A stretch of 64,000 nt of DNA from Chryseolinea sp. (GTDB lineage: Bacteria > Bacteroidota > Bacteroidia > Cytophagales > Cyclobacteriaceae): positions 2,855 to 66,854 of the forward strand of contig JANODK010000232.1 in the NCBI GenBank assembly GCA_031412655.1, read 5' to 3'. The notes under the pieces were generated by a model. The model ran no database searches. It was not told the DNA's origin and worked only from the letters and a program-made list of their open reading frames with translations. Shown here one piece after another: positions 1 through 8,402 of the stretch; positions within the stretch are counted from its first letter, which is position 1; each line of letters begins with the position of its first letter. Position numbers and translations under genes: made by a program.

Positions 1-830
1 GTGGGCAATTTTTGCTCCCGTATTGGCCGCTCCAACGCATAAAACATGCGCTCTCCACCCTTCACACGCTCATAATAAAACTTAATCGCATTAATAGCCT
101 GGTTCTGAGAGCTCGCAGAAATTCCCCGTTCCTTCACCAGGTATTGCATGTAGATCACAACCTCTGCTTCACTAATATCATCAATCTCCTTAGTGGCATA
201 AAAATTAATGAACTCTTCAAACAGCATCCTATACGCCTCAACCGTTTTGTTCGAATACCGCATCACCTCCAGCTTCTGCAACATCTCATCCGGGCAAGTC
301 TTATAATTCGATATCTCGAAAGATTCAGGCCGAGGCTTTACCCCCTGCTTCCGCACTTCATCCTCCCAAACAATACGCAAGCCATGCATCGTGCAAAAAT
401 CTTCCAACGCCTTCCTCTGCTTCTCCTCAATCGCCACACCCCACCATTTGTTCACCTTATCATAATACGCAAACGGAAAAGTCTTCAACACACCAGCCAA
501 CGCCACATCATAATGAGCAACAACCCTATACCGTCCCGGCTCATAGCGCACAACCCGCACAACATCCTTCTTCGCCCTTGCCGTGCTATAGCGAGTACTA
601 TCATTTCGATACTCCGCATTAGCCCGCTCCTCAAGCGGCTTCATCTCCGGAAACGCCAGTTTCAATTTCTCAAAAATCAAATTGCTCGCCTCAAAGTGCC
701 AGGCTCTTTCACTCTTGCTCCATTGGCAGGGCGCAATCGCCTTTAGTTTGCCAATCATTTCAGTATCATACGCGAACCGAACAAATAATCGCTTTACTCC
801 ATGGTGTTTTTTGGCATAATAATGCATCAT
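1..830 (-). CDS. Tyrosine recombinase/integrase, N-terminal part (about 276 codons); 3' end lies beyond the window start
   Basis: Absent from the ORF track because it runs off the edge. Reverse-strand translation from ATG at 830 gives MMHYYAKKHHGVKRLFVRFAYD..CQWSKSERAWHF..KVNKWWGV..MRYSNKTVEAYRMLFEEFINFY..SQNQAINAIKFYYERV. These are the duplicated N-terminal repeats plus SAM-like core-binding domain typical of Bacteroidota integrases. The catalytic domain is not visible. Confidence 0.75.
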   Translation of the reverse strand, partial: MMHYYAKKHHGVKRLFVRFAYDTEMIGKLKAIAPCQWSKSERAWHFEASNLIFEKLKLAFPEMKPLEERANAEYRNDSTRYSTARAKKDVVRVVRYEPGRYRVVAHYDVALAGVLKTFPFAYYDKVNKWWGVAIEEKQRKALEDFCTMHGLRIVWEDEVRKQGVKPRPESFEISNYKTCPDEMLQKLEVMRYSNKTVEAYRMLFEEFINFYATKEIDDISEAEVVIYMQYLVKERGISASSQNQAINAIKFYYERVKGGERMFYALERPIREQKLP

Positions 831-952
831 AACGGTATTGATAATAGCTCCTAACGCATACTAAAATAGAAAAATAAACACAACTTTTCTAACATCCCCC
901 AAACATGAATCAGAAGTCTTGAACCTGGAACTTTGAACCTTAAACCCTCATC

Positions 953-1960
953 TCAGTCCTTATATAACTCCAAAATCCTGTCCAGCATACCCCTCATTTC
1001 TTCTTTCAAACTAGTGGGTTCCAATACTTTCATCTCCGGCCCAAAGGCAAGAAGTGTTTGCAACAATTCGTAGTTGATGATCAGTTGCAGGGTAACAATC
1101 AAACCATCGCTTGTATCGCTGATGATCTGCCGCGTTTCATGCAATTGCTGTGTCTTAATATAATTGCCTTGAGCATGCGAGAACCAAAGCTGTATTTCCT
1201 TTACGCCACTGTCTTTAATGGTAACACCAATAGTATTATCAAAATATTTTTCCGGTTCTTTTCCTTTATAAGGAATAAACGGAATCTTAACAGCCGCCAC
1301 ACTCTCGATGCGGTCTAGCGCCAATAGCAATTTGTTTTTACTCTTCTGATTATAGCCCAGCAAATACCAGCGGAACTTATATTCTTTTAACAGATAGGGG
1401 TGAAACGTATGCTCCTTCGCTTTTGCATTGTCAAACTTTTTATAGCATATCAGCAAAGGATTCTGTTTAATGATTGCCTGGTAAAGCGCATCAAAATGTT
1501 CCATGCCATTATTGTATGGAATGCGTTCGAACAAAATCGGTGAATAGCCAAGCTTCGTCTTTTTATGCTTCAGTTGCCCTGCAACTTTTCCAAGCTTGTC
1601 GAACATACCTTCCCCCTGGTTCAATACTTCTGCACCTTTAAAACGATTGAACGATTCTACCATTAGCTCAAACGTTTCAATCTCATCTGCTGATAACGGT
1701 AACTTCTCAATTGAGTAATTCGCATCTTTATAATGGTGGCCATTGTTTTTCTTGCTGTAGGCAATAGGAGCATGATAATTCAGCCGCGCATCATCTCGCA
1801 TGTCATGAAGATCCTGTTCCAAAGTTCTTCGGGCCATTTGTATATCACGCGATTCAGCCTTCTCTATAATCTCTTCAATAGACCAATATCGTTTTCTGGG
1901 ATTGGTAAAACATTCATTAATGAGTTGATAACGTGTTAGAGCATTTTTACTTAACGGCAT
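953..1960 (-). CDS. WYL-domain transcriptional regulator (N-terminal wHTH, WYL, C-terminal extension)
   Basis: The ORF is 953..2011; the likely start is MPLSKNALTRYQLINE at 1960. WYL signature HPYLLKEYKFRWYLLGY. It lies directly upstream of the integrase on the same strand. Confidence 0.8.
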   Translation of the reverse strand: MPLSKNALTRYQLINECFTNPRKRYWSIEEIIEKAESRDIQMARRTLEQDLHDMRDDARLNYHAPIAYSKKNNGHHYKDANYSIEKLPLSADEIETFELMVESFNRFKGAEVLNQGEGMFDKLGKVAGQLKHKKTKLGYSPILFERIPYNNGMEHFDALYQAIIKQNPLLICYKKFDNAKAKEHTFHPYLLKEYKFRWYLLGYNQKSKNKLLLALDRIESVAAVKIPFIPYKGKEPEKYFDNTIGVTIKDSGVKEIQLWFSHAQGNYIKTQQLHETRQIISDTSDGLIVTLQLIINYELLQTLLAFGPEMKVLEPTSLKEEMRGMLDRILELYKD

Positions 1961-2056
1961 CGTGCTAACGATTTGTTGTAATATTTGTGAAACCGAATCT
2001 ACTATAAACACACATTAAATAGTATTAGCAGAATCAAAAAAAATCCAGTCGAAGCT

Positions 2057-2081
2057 CCCCCTCTCCTCCTGGGAGAGGGGG
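2057..2081. repeat. GC-rich perfect hairpin (10-bp stem CCCCCTCTCC / GGAGAGGGGG, 5-nt loop)
   Basis: Read directly from the sequence. It stands out in an AT-rich intergenic region upstream of the WYL gene. Confidence 0.7.
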
Positions 2082-2108
2082 CAGGGGGTGAGGCCCGCAA
2101 CATAAAGC

Positions 2109-2145
2109 ATACAGACGATACAGAAAGGATACAGCTACAATACAG
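2109..2145 (+). repeat. Four phased direct ATACAG repeats (starts 2109, 2118, 2129, 2140); the last two are part of a tandem ATACAGCTAC 11-mer
   Basis: Read directly: cATACAGacgATACAGaaaggATACAGctacaATACAGctacgg. The 9/11/11-bp spacing approximates one helical turn. Confidence 0.65.
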
Positions 2146-2346
2146 CTACGGTATAGCCAGTGTCAGATTTTTAATTGGAACCGGTCATCATGTCAGTAAA
2201 AAAAGTAAAAATATTTTCAAAAAAAAGTTGCCTGCTGATAGGCTGCGGACTACCATCCTACTTTTGAAATATCAATTCAACGGGAAGAGGCGCCCTTATC
2301 GGAGAAGCGATACTAAATAAATGTTAAACGTTAAATTTTATCAATC

Positions 2347-2913
2347 ATGGCTTTAATTAAAGAGAACGACATTACCGAAGGACTGAGCGGTAAGTTTGGA
2401 AAAAAGATCGTCTTCCGCGTTGTGAAAGGTGTAACACTGGAAACCAGGAGATCAACACGCGAAAGAGTATCGTCCGAAAAGCAAATTGCACATCGCGAAC
2501 GCTTTCAGCGGGCAGCGCAATATGCAAAAGCAAAAATGAAAGACCCTGTTGCGAAAGCCGAGTACAAAGAGATGGCCGGAGACAAGGCTTTTGCCACCGC
2601 ATTCTCAGCTGCTCTTCGCGATTACATGGTACCTCCAAAAGTGCTGGATGTAAAAGTAGATGAGTTCACGGGTGCTGCAGGAAGTATCATTCCCATCAAA
2701 GTGTCCGACAATGTGAAGACCATCCGAATGAAAGTTTCCATCGTAGGTGCTACGGGGGCTAACATTGAATCAGGCGAAGCTTCGTTTCAGCCTGGAGATG
2801 TAGAATGGAATTACACCACTAAGCAAGTGCTTCCATCATTAGCAGGTGCGAAGATCGTGGTCACCGCGATCGATCGTCCTGGCAATGAAACCAACTTTGA
2901 AGTGGTGTTATAG
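2347..2913 (+). CDS. Hypothetical protein, 188 aa (basic helical N-terminal half, beta-rich Ig-like C-terminal half)
   Basis: Clean ORF with ATG start, divergent from the WYL regulator. I recognise no catalytic motif. Confidence 0.6.
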   Translation: MALIKENDITEGLSGKFGKKIVFRVVKGVTLETRRSTRERVSSEKQIAHRERFQRAAQYAKAKMKDPVAKAEYKEMAGDKAFATAFSAALRDYMVPPKVLDVKVDEFTGAAGSIIPIKVSDNVKTIRMKVSIVGATGANIESGEASFQPGDVEWNYTTKQVLPSLAGAKIVVTAIDRPGNETNFEVVL

Positions 2914-3043
2914 CGGTACTGTTATCAGTCCGCTCATCGCGGAGTGCTCAGAAATAATTCTATTCTTTATGTTAAACTAAAATTGAAAGTTATGAACATC
3001 ATAAAACGAATGCGGGCTCCTACGCCCCCGTTTTTTTAAAGTA

Positions 3044-3232
3044 TTGCGAAACGTTGGTATTGTATTGGCCACTGCGGCTGGTGCCATACTCACCACACCG
3101 GTATCACTGCCTGCAGTAATACTAACCATCGCTGGCTACGCAGTAGTAGCAGGAAGCGTAATGACAGCCCTGAGTCAGGCCGCAGTAGTAAATGAATTAG
3201 AGATACAAAATGAAGAGCCTATGAAAGAATAG
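3044..3232 (+). CDS. Small hydrophobic (about two-TM) protein; may really start at 2992 across a T7 frameshift
   Basis: The ORF has a TTG start. Its sequence is GIVLATAAGAILTTPVSLPAVILTIAGYAVVAGSVMTAL followed by an acidic tail. An upstream ATG ORF (2992..3039) joins it if one T of the T7 run is skipped. Confidence 0.5.
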   Translation: MRNVGIVLATAAGAILTTPVSLPAVILTIAGYAVVAGSVMTALSQAAVVNELEIQNEEPMKE

Positions 3233-3285
3233 AGTAATAAAATATATAATACTAAATTCTACTACTATGGGTCAATATGACTTAG

Positions 3286-3315
3286 CGTCCCGCAAAAATG
3301 CGGGACGTTTTTTTT
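3286..3315 (+). terminator. Rho-independent terminator
   Basis: Stem CGTCCCGCA/TGCGGGACG with loop AAAA, followed by T8. It lies just downstream of the small membrane ORF. Confidence 0.75.
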
Positions 3316-3432
3316 GTTGCCACGAATGCAACAATGAAAATTCCTGCCGAGTTAAAATACATCGAAAAAAAAGCTGGTTGAAATAAATCAACCAGCTTAA
3401 CGCGTAAACCAAATCCACCTTGCGATGAAATC

Positions 3433-4560
3433 TTAAAAGGCTTGTATCGCCTCTATAATTCCGTTGGGTAAGGCAACTCCGCTGAAGAATATACCCACAC
3501 AAAATACTTTTTCATAATAATTCGATTTGTTGATAGCCAGTGGCAACGAACTCACCGAAAGCGAAGTAAACATCGCAGCGAACAACAACGTCATCACTAA
3601 CACCACCACCGATGATGAAGAGGTAAAAATGAAAATAGTGCTTACGGCAATAATCGCAAGACTCCACCAAAACGATTTCTGCAAACCAAGTTTGTTCACC
3701 CAATTACTAATCGGTAAAGAAAGGATGGCCGAGATTACTAATAAATCAACCAGCATAATTTTTCCATCAATACCATTTAACAACACGCCTAGCTTATCAC
3801 CAAGCAATGCTGGAAAAATTTTGAAAAGGAGTGCAGTAGGTATACCGAGTGCGAGTCCGAGAAAGAAAATGTAGCTTTTATTCGTACGGGTTGTATCCAG
3901 TGTAATGGAGGCAATGGGCTTGGCTTCTTTTTCTTCACTCAATTGAAAAAGACTCAATGAATTTTTCTTCAATGCATATCCGGAAAGAAACACAACAGCA
4001 CCTCCCGCCATGAACGTAATAGGTGCACCGAGGTAATCAATAATATCGATGATCACCGGTTCTAATGAGTAGATTAAATTGGCAACAATGGTTAAGATCG
4101 CCATCGCTCTGGGTAACTTATCAACGGGTGTAAATAATTCTAATGTAGAGAGTGCCGGGCTTGTAAAAATGCTCATCGCAATAAGCCAAAATACAATGAG
4201 GATGGGAAGTATCCATTTAAAAATTTCGCCCGGGTTGCCTAACAATGTAAAAGCAACTGCCATAAATACCATAGCCGCAAAACTTATTCCGGTTGTGATT
4301 ATGGGAATCCGATGTCCCGCTTTGAAACGATAACGATCTCCAAGTCTTCCGGCAATGGGAGGGGTGATGACTAGAACGATCCCCTGAAAAACCATGAGGA
4401 TAAAACCGAAATCGGTGAAATTAAATTTATCCAGCAGTTTGGGCTGGTAGTTCTGATACGCGATCCATCCAATAACGACCGATCCGTAAAGAGCTGCAAG
4501 ACTCCATAACTGTTTCCATTGTATGGAGTTTTTTTCCATTGGTAATGCTAAAGCCGCCAT
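3433..4560 (-). CDS. Polytopic membrane transporter, MFS-like
   Basis: 375 aa, multiple hydrophobic helices, GRLGDRYR loop motif typical of the MFS TM2-TM3 loop. Confidence 0.6.
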   Translation of the reverse strand: MAALALPMEKNSIQWKQLWSLAALYGSVVIGWIAYQNYQPKLLDKFNFTDFGFILMVFQGIVLVITPPIAGRLGDRYRFKAGHRIPIITTGISFAAMVFMAVAFTLLGNPGEIFKWILPILIVFWLIAMSIFTSPALSTLELFTPVDKLPRAMAILTIVANLIYSLEPVIIDIIDYLGAPITFMAGGAVVFLSGYALKKNSLSLFQLSEEKEAKPIASITLDTTRTNKSYIFFLGLALGIPTALLFKIFPALLGDKLGVLLNGIDGKIMLVDLLVISAILSLPISNWVNKLGLQKSFWWSLAIIAVSTIFIFTSSSSVVVLVMTLLFAAMFTSLSVSSLPLAINKSNYYEKVFCVGIFFSGVALPNGIIEAIQAF

Positions 4561-4737
4561 AGACTATAATTGTTGGTTTACAAATCCATCTACGAAGTAG
4601 CCTGATCAACTGGATTTCATGTGTCTATATTTTTTGCCAAGAACACATGGACTGGCCAATGCTTTTTTTTATGGTTTTAAATAAGTTTAAAGGCCATTTC
4701 GAGTTTTTCAAAAATTCGGTTTTCAGGCCAATTTCCT

Positions 4738-4745
4738 TATTTTTG
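4738..4745 (+). promoter_or_regulatory. Candidate Bacteroidota -7 box TATTTTTG upstream of valS
   Basis: Matches the TAnnTTTG consensus. Only a TTCG (not TTTG) lies about 19 nt upstream. Confidence 0.4.
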
Positions 4746-4840
4746 ACCCTCTTTTTTGGTTAATCATTGTTTCTGGATCGTTGATTGCAGAACTGTGCTC
4801 ACAATGGAGCGACCATAAAGGAGAAACCAACTATTTAAAA

Positions 4841-7474
4841 ATGCTGTCGACCAAGTACAATCCTTCTGAAGTAGAAAATAAATGGTATTCCTATTGGATG
4901 GAGAATGGGTTTTTTAATGCGAAACCTGATCCGAAAAAGGAGTCTTATACTATTGTTATTCCCCCGCCCAATGTTACCGGTGTGCTGCACATGGGGCACA
5001 TGCTCAACAATACCATTCAGGATATTCTGGTTCGAAGAGCGAGGATGCAAGGCAAAGAAGCATGCTGGGTTCCGGGAACGGACCACGCATCCATTGCAAC
5101 AGAAGCAAAGGTAGTAGCAATGCTTCGCGAACGAGGCATTAAAAAATCGGATTTATCGCGCGAAGAATTTTTGAAATATGCCTGGGAATGGAAAGAGAAA
5201 TACGGTGGCATCATTCTCGAGCAATTAAAAAAACTCGGTGCGTCATGCGATTGGAGTCGCACGAAGTTTACGATGGACCCGGATTATTACGAAGCCGTAA
5301 TCGATGTCTTCATCGACCTTCATAAAAAAGGATACATCTATCGCGGTATGCGCATGGTGAATTGGGATCCGGTTGGTAAGACTGCTTTGTCGGATGATGA
5401 GGTAATTCATAAAGATGTTCAGTCGAAATTGTATTACATCAAATACGCGATTGAAGGCAGCAAGGATGAATGTATAACCATTGCTACAGTTCGCCCAGAA
5501 ACCATTATGGCAGATGCTGCAATCTGTATCAATCCAAATGATGAGCGCTATAAACATTTAAAAGGAAAGAAGGCAATCATTCCATTGATCAATCGCGCCA
5601 TCCCAATCATTGAAGATGATTATGTAACCATGGATTTTGGAACAGGTTGTTTGAAAGTAACGCCTGCTCACGATATGAATGACAATGAGTTGGGTAGAAA
5701 ACACAAACTCGAAGTCATTGATATATTAAATGACGATGGAACACTCAATGCTAAAGCTCAGATTTTAGTAGGAGAGGATCGATTCATTGCGCGAAAGAAA
5801 ATCGCGAAAGAACTGGAAGAGAAAAATTGTTTAAGTAAGGTAGAAGACTATAAAAGTAATGTAGGTTTCTCTGAACGCACCGATGCCGTAATAGAACCGC
5901 GTCTTTCATTGCAATGGTTTTTGAAAATGGAAACCATTACCAAGCCTGCGCTTAAGCATGTAATGAATGATGACATTCAACTCATTCCACCGAAGTTCAA
6001 GAATACCTATAACCATTGGATGTCGAACGTGCGTGATTGGTGCATCTCTCGTCAGTTGTGGTGGGGACATCGCATTCCCGCTTGGTACGGACCAAATGGT
6101 GAAATTGCAGTTGCTAGAACACGAGAAGAGGCATTCTCAAATCTTAAATCTCAAATCCCAAATCTTAAATTAGAAGATTTGCAACAAGACCAGGATGTAA
6201 TGGACACGTGGTTCTCCAGTTGGTTGTGGCCGATTGCTGTGTTTGATACTTCTGTTTTTAAAGATGGAAACAAAGGTAATGCTGACCTTAACTATTTTTA
6301 TCCTACACAAGATCTTGTTACCGCTCCGGAGATTTTATTTTTCTGGGTGGCACGTATGATTATTGCTGGGTATGAATATCGTGGTGAGAAGCCATTTAAA
6401 AATGTTTACCTCACGGGAATTGTTCGCGATAAGCAAGGTAGAAAAATGTCGAAGTCATTGGGTAACTCGCCTGATCCGCTTGATTTGATTTCGAAGTTTG
6501 GTGCCGATGCAGTTCGTGCGGGTATGTTATACAGTTCGCCAGCGGGAAATGATTTGCCTTATGATGAAGAACTTATTGAGCGTGGAAGAAATTTTACCAA
6601 CAAAATCTGGAATGCATTTCGTTTGGTGAAAGGTTGGGAGGTGGAATCGCTTCCTCAACCAGAAGAAAATAAAATTGCTATTGAATGGTTCGAATCAAAA
6701 ATGAACCAATCCTTAATAGAACTCGATGATCATTTTGCAAAGTTCAGAATATCGGATGCTTTAAATCTGGTTACCTATAAATTGATTTGGGATGATTTCT
6801 GTGCGGGATATTTAGAAATTATTAAACCGGAATTTGGAAAACCGATTGATGCAGAAACGTATACTAGAACCATTGGCTTTTTTGAAAGTTTGTTAAAAGC
6901 GCTTCACCCGTTTATGCCGTTCATTTCGGAAGAGCTTTGGCATGAGTTGGCAGAGAGAAAAGAAAGAGATTGTATTTTGGTGGCACAGTGGCCAATACCT
7001 GCAGCTTTCAATACCTCCATTCTTGATCAGGGTAGTTTTGCTTTTGAATTGATTAAGGTGATTCGCAACACGCGTAATGAAAAAGGTCTTTCACCAAAAA
7101 TAGCGCTGCGTCTGTTGGTTAACGCTTCTGATTCTACCTTGCTGAAGTCATTCGGTGGAGTAGTGAAGAAACTTTCTAATTTGAGTGAGGTCTCCTTTAA
7201 CACGGGAACAGTATCAAATGCGACAAGCTTCGTAATTGGGTCAACGGAATTTTTTATTCCGATAGAAGGTAAGATCGATGCAGCAAAGGAACGCGAAGCG
7301 ATTTTGAAAGATTTGGAATACCAACGTGGGTTTATGATTTCGGTTGATAAAAAATTATCGAACGAAAAATTTGTAAACAGTGCACCACCACAGGTAATCG
7401 AAATCGAGCGAAAGAAGAAAGCCGATGCTGAAACAAAAATTAAGGCATTGGAAGAAAGTTTAGCCCGGTTATAA
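4841..7474 (+). CDS. valS: Valine--tRNA ligase
   Basis: Start MLSTKYNPSEVENKWYSYW. Class I HIGH-type motif PNVTGVLHMGH, KMSKS motif, C-terminal coiled coil. Confidence 0.95.
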   Translation: MLSTKYNPSEVENKWYSYWMENGFFNAKPDPKKESYTIVIPPPNVTGVLHMGHMLNNTIQDILVRRARMQGKEACWVPGTDHASIATEAKVVAMLRERGIKKSDLSREEFLKYAWEWKEKYGGIILEQLKKLGASCDWSRTKFTMDPDYYEAVIDVFIDLHKKGYIYRGMRMVNWDPVGKTALSDDEVIHKDVQSKLYYIKYAIEGSKDECITIATVRPETIMADAAICINPNDERYKHLKGKKAIIPLINRAIPIIEDDYVTMDFGTGCLKVTPAHDMNDNELGRKHKLEVIDILNDDGTLNAKAQILVGEDRFIARKKIAKELEEKNCLSKVEDYKSNVGFSERTDAVIEPRLSLQWFLKMETITKPALKHVMNDDIQLIPPKFKNTYNHWMSNVRDWCISRQLWWGHRIPAWYGPNGEIAVARTREEAFSNLKSQIPNLKLEDLQQDQDVMDTWFSSWLWPIAVFDTSVFKDGNKGNADLNYFYPTQDLVTAPEILFFWVARMIIAGYEYRGEKPFKNVYLTGIVRDKQGRKMSKSLGNSPDPLDLISKFGADAVRAGMLYSSPAGNDLPYDEELIERGRNFTNKIWNAFRLVKGWEVESLPQPEENKIAIEWFESKMNQSLIELDDHFAKFRISDALNLVTYKLIWDDFCAGYLEIIKPEFGKPIDAETYTRTIGFFESLLKALHPFMPFISEELWHELAERKERDCILVAQWPIPAAFNTSILDQGSFAFELIKVIRNTRNEKGLSPKIALRLLVNASDSTLLKSFGGVVKKLSNLSEVSFNTGTVSNATSFVIGSTEFFIPIEGKIDAAKEREAILKDLEYQRGFMISVDKKLSNEKFVNSAPPQVIEIERKKKADAETKIKALEESLARL

Positions 7475-7487
7475 TTGAAATGTAAAT

Positions 7488-7595
7488 ATGCACGCTACTA
7501 AATTAATTACCCCCGAAGTATTGCTGGTAATGTGCATTGGAGGCATTGCATTCATTTTGATATTAAAAGCTATTTTTCGTGATAAGAGAAAGTAG
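7488..7595 (+). CDS. Possible 35-aa single-TM peptide
   Basis: ATG ORF MHATKLITPEVLLVMCIGGIAFILILKAIFRDKRK, below the ORF-track cutoff. There is no other support. Confidence 0.25.
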   Translation: MHATKLITPEVLLVMCIGGIAFILILKAIFRDKRK

Positions 7596-7667
7596 TGAGA
7601 GAAGGGCTTTAGAAAAAGTGTAGTGAACATTCGTTTAATTAATGCATATTAAGATTCCGTTAAAATT

Positions 7668-8366
7668 ATGGATCGCGAAAAGATTAAAGTTATCCGAAAG
7701 AAAATATTCAAAGCCCTCAAGGTGTTTGTTATTTGCAGTCTCATCCTTACGGTGATGGAAATTGGAATCGGTTTTTGGCTGTTGAAAACACGGTGGCAAC
7801 TCTTTATATCAAAGTCTCAGATGAGGGAGTTTGCGCAAGAGCTAACCGATTCAGAACCTTTACCAGAAAATTTTCTTCGTATCTATAAGGCCATTTATCC
7901 AAAGCACATTGATACTTCATTGACGGAGATGATCATCTTTAATTACGCCCTTCGACTTATTACGCGCGATCATGATTTTGAATCAAAGCCACATTGCTAT
8001 TGCGATTTGATTTACGATATCCAGATAGGCAAAAACGAAACGCTTCGTGATATTGATTGGTCGGGAACCCGGATCGTGGATCTTGAATATGGTTTTGGAC
8101 TTGAAAAGTACACCACACCTGAACGGTGTTTTACGTATTATATGAATGAGCGCATTCAGAAACTGGTTTCGAAAATTGACCATAGCCTCTATCCGAATAT
8201 TTCAAGAGCTAACATCGCCAACATGACAGACGATGAAGTAATTGAAGTAATTCTTTTGATTAAATCAAAGGATCGGTTTAATCGATTTAGAGATCCGCAG
8301 TTGTTTGAAAAATACTTAAATGAATACAAACTTAAGCTTGTTTTGGCAGGAGCAAATTCGAATTAA
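7668..8366 (+). CDS. Hypothetical membrane-anchored protein
   Basis: 232-aa ORF with an N-terminal TM segment (VFVICSLILTVMEIGIGFWLL). No recognised motif. Confidence 0.5.
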   Translation: MDREKIKVIRKKIFKALKVFVICSLILTVMEIGIGFWLLKTRWQLFISKSQMREFAQELTDSEPLPENFLRIYKAIYPKHIDTSLTEMIIFNYALRLITRDHDFESKPHCYCDLIYDIQIGKNETLRDIDWSGTRIVDLEYGFGLEKYTTPERCFTYYMNERIQKLVSKIDHSLYPNISRANIANMTDDEVIEVILLIKSKDRFNRFRDPQLFEKYLNEYKLKLVLAGANSN

Positions 8367-8402
8367 TCTTTTTTAATATAGTATCATCTGTACGTGTTGC
8401 GA

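Noticed and set aside
12-746. 244-aa plus-strand ORF in the track
   Set aside because: Its composition is low-complexity and rich in Leu, Arg, His and Ile, with no motifs. It lies antisense to a convincing integrase reading frame on the minus strand that the track missed because it runs off the edge.
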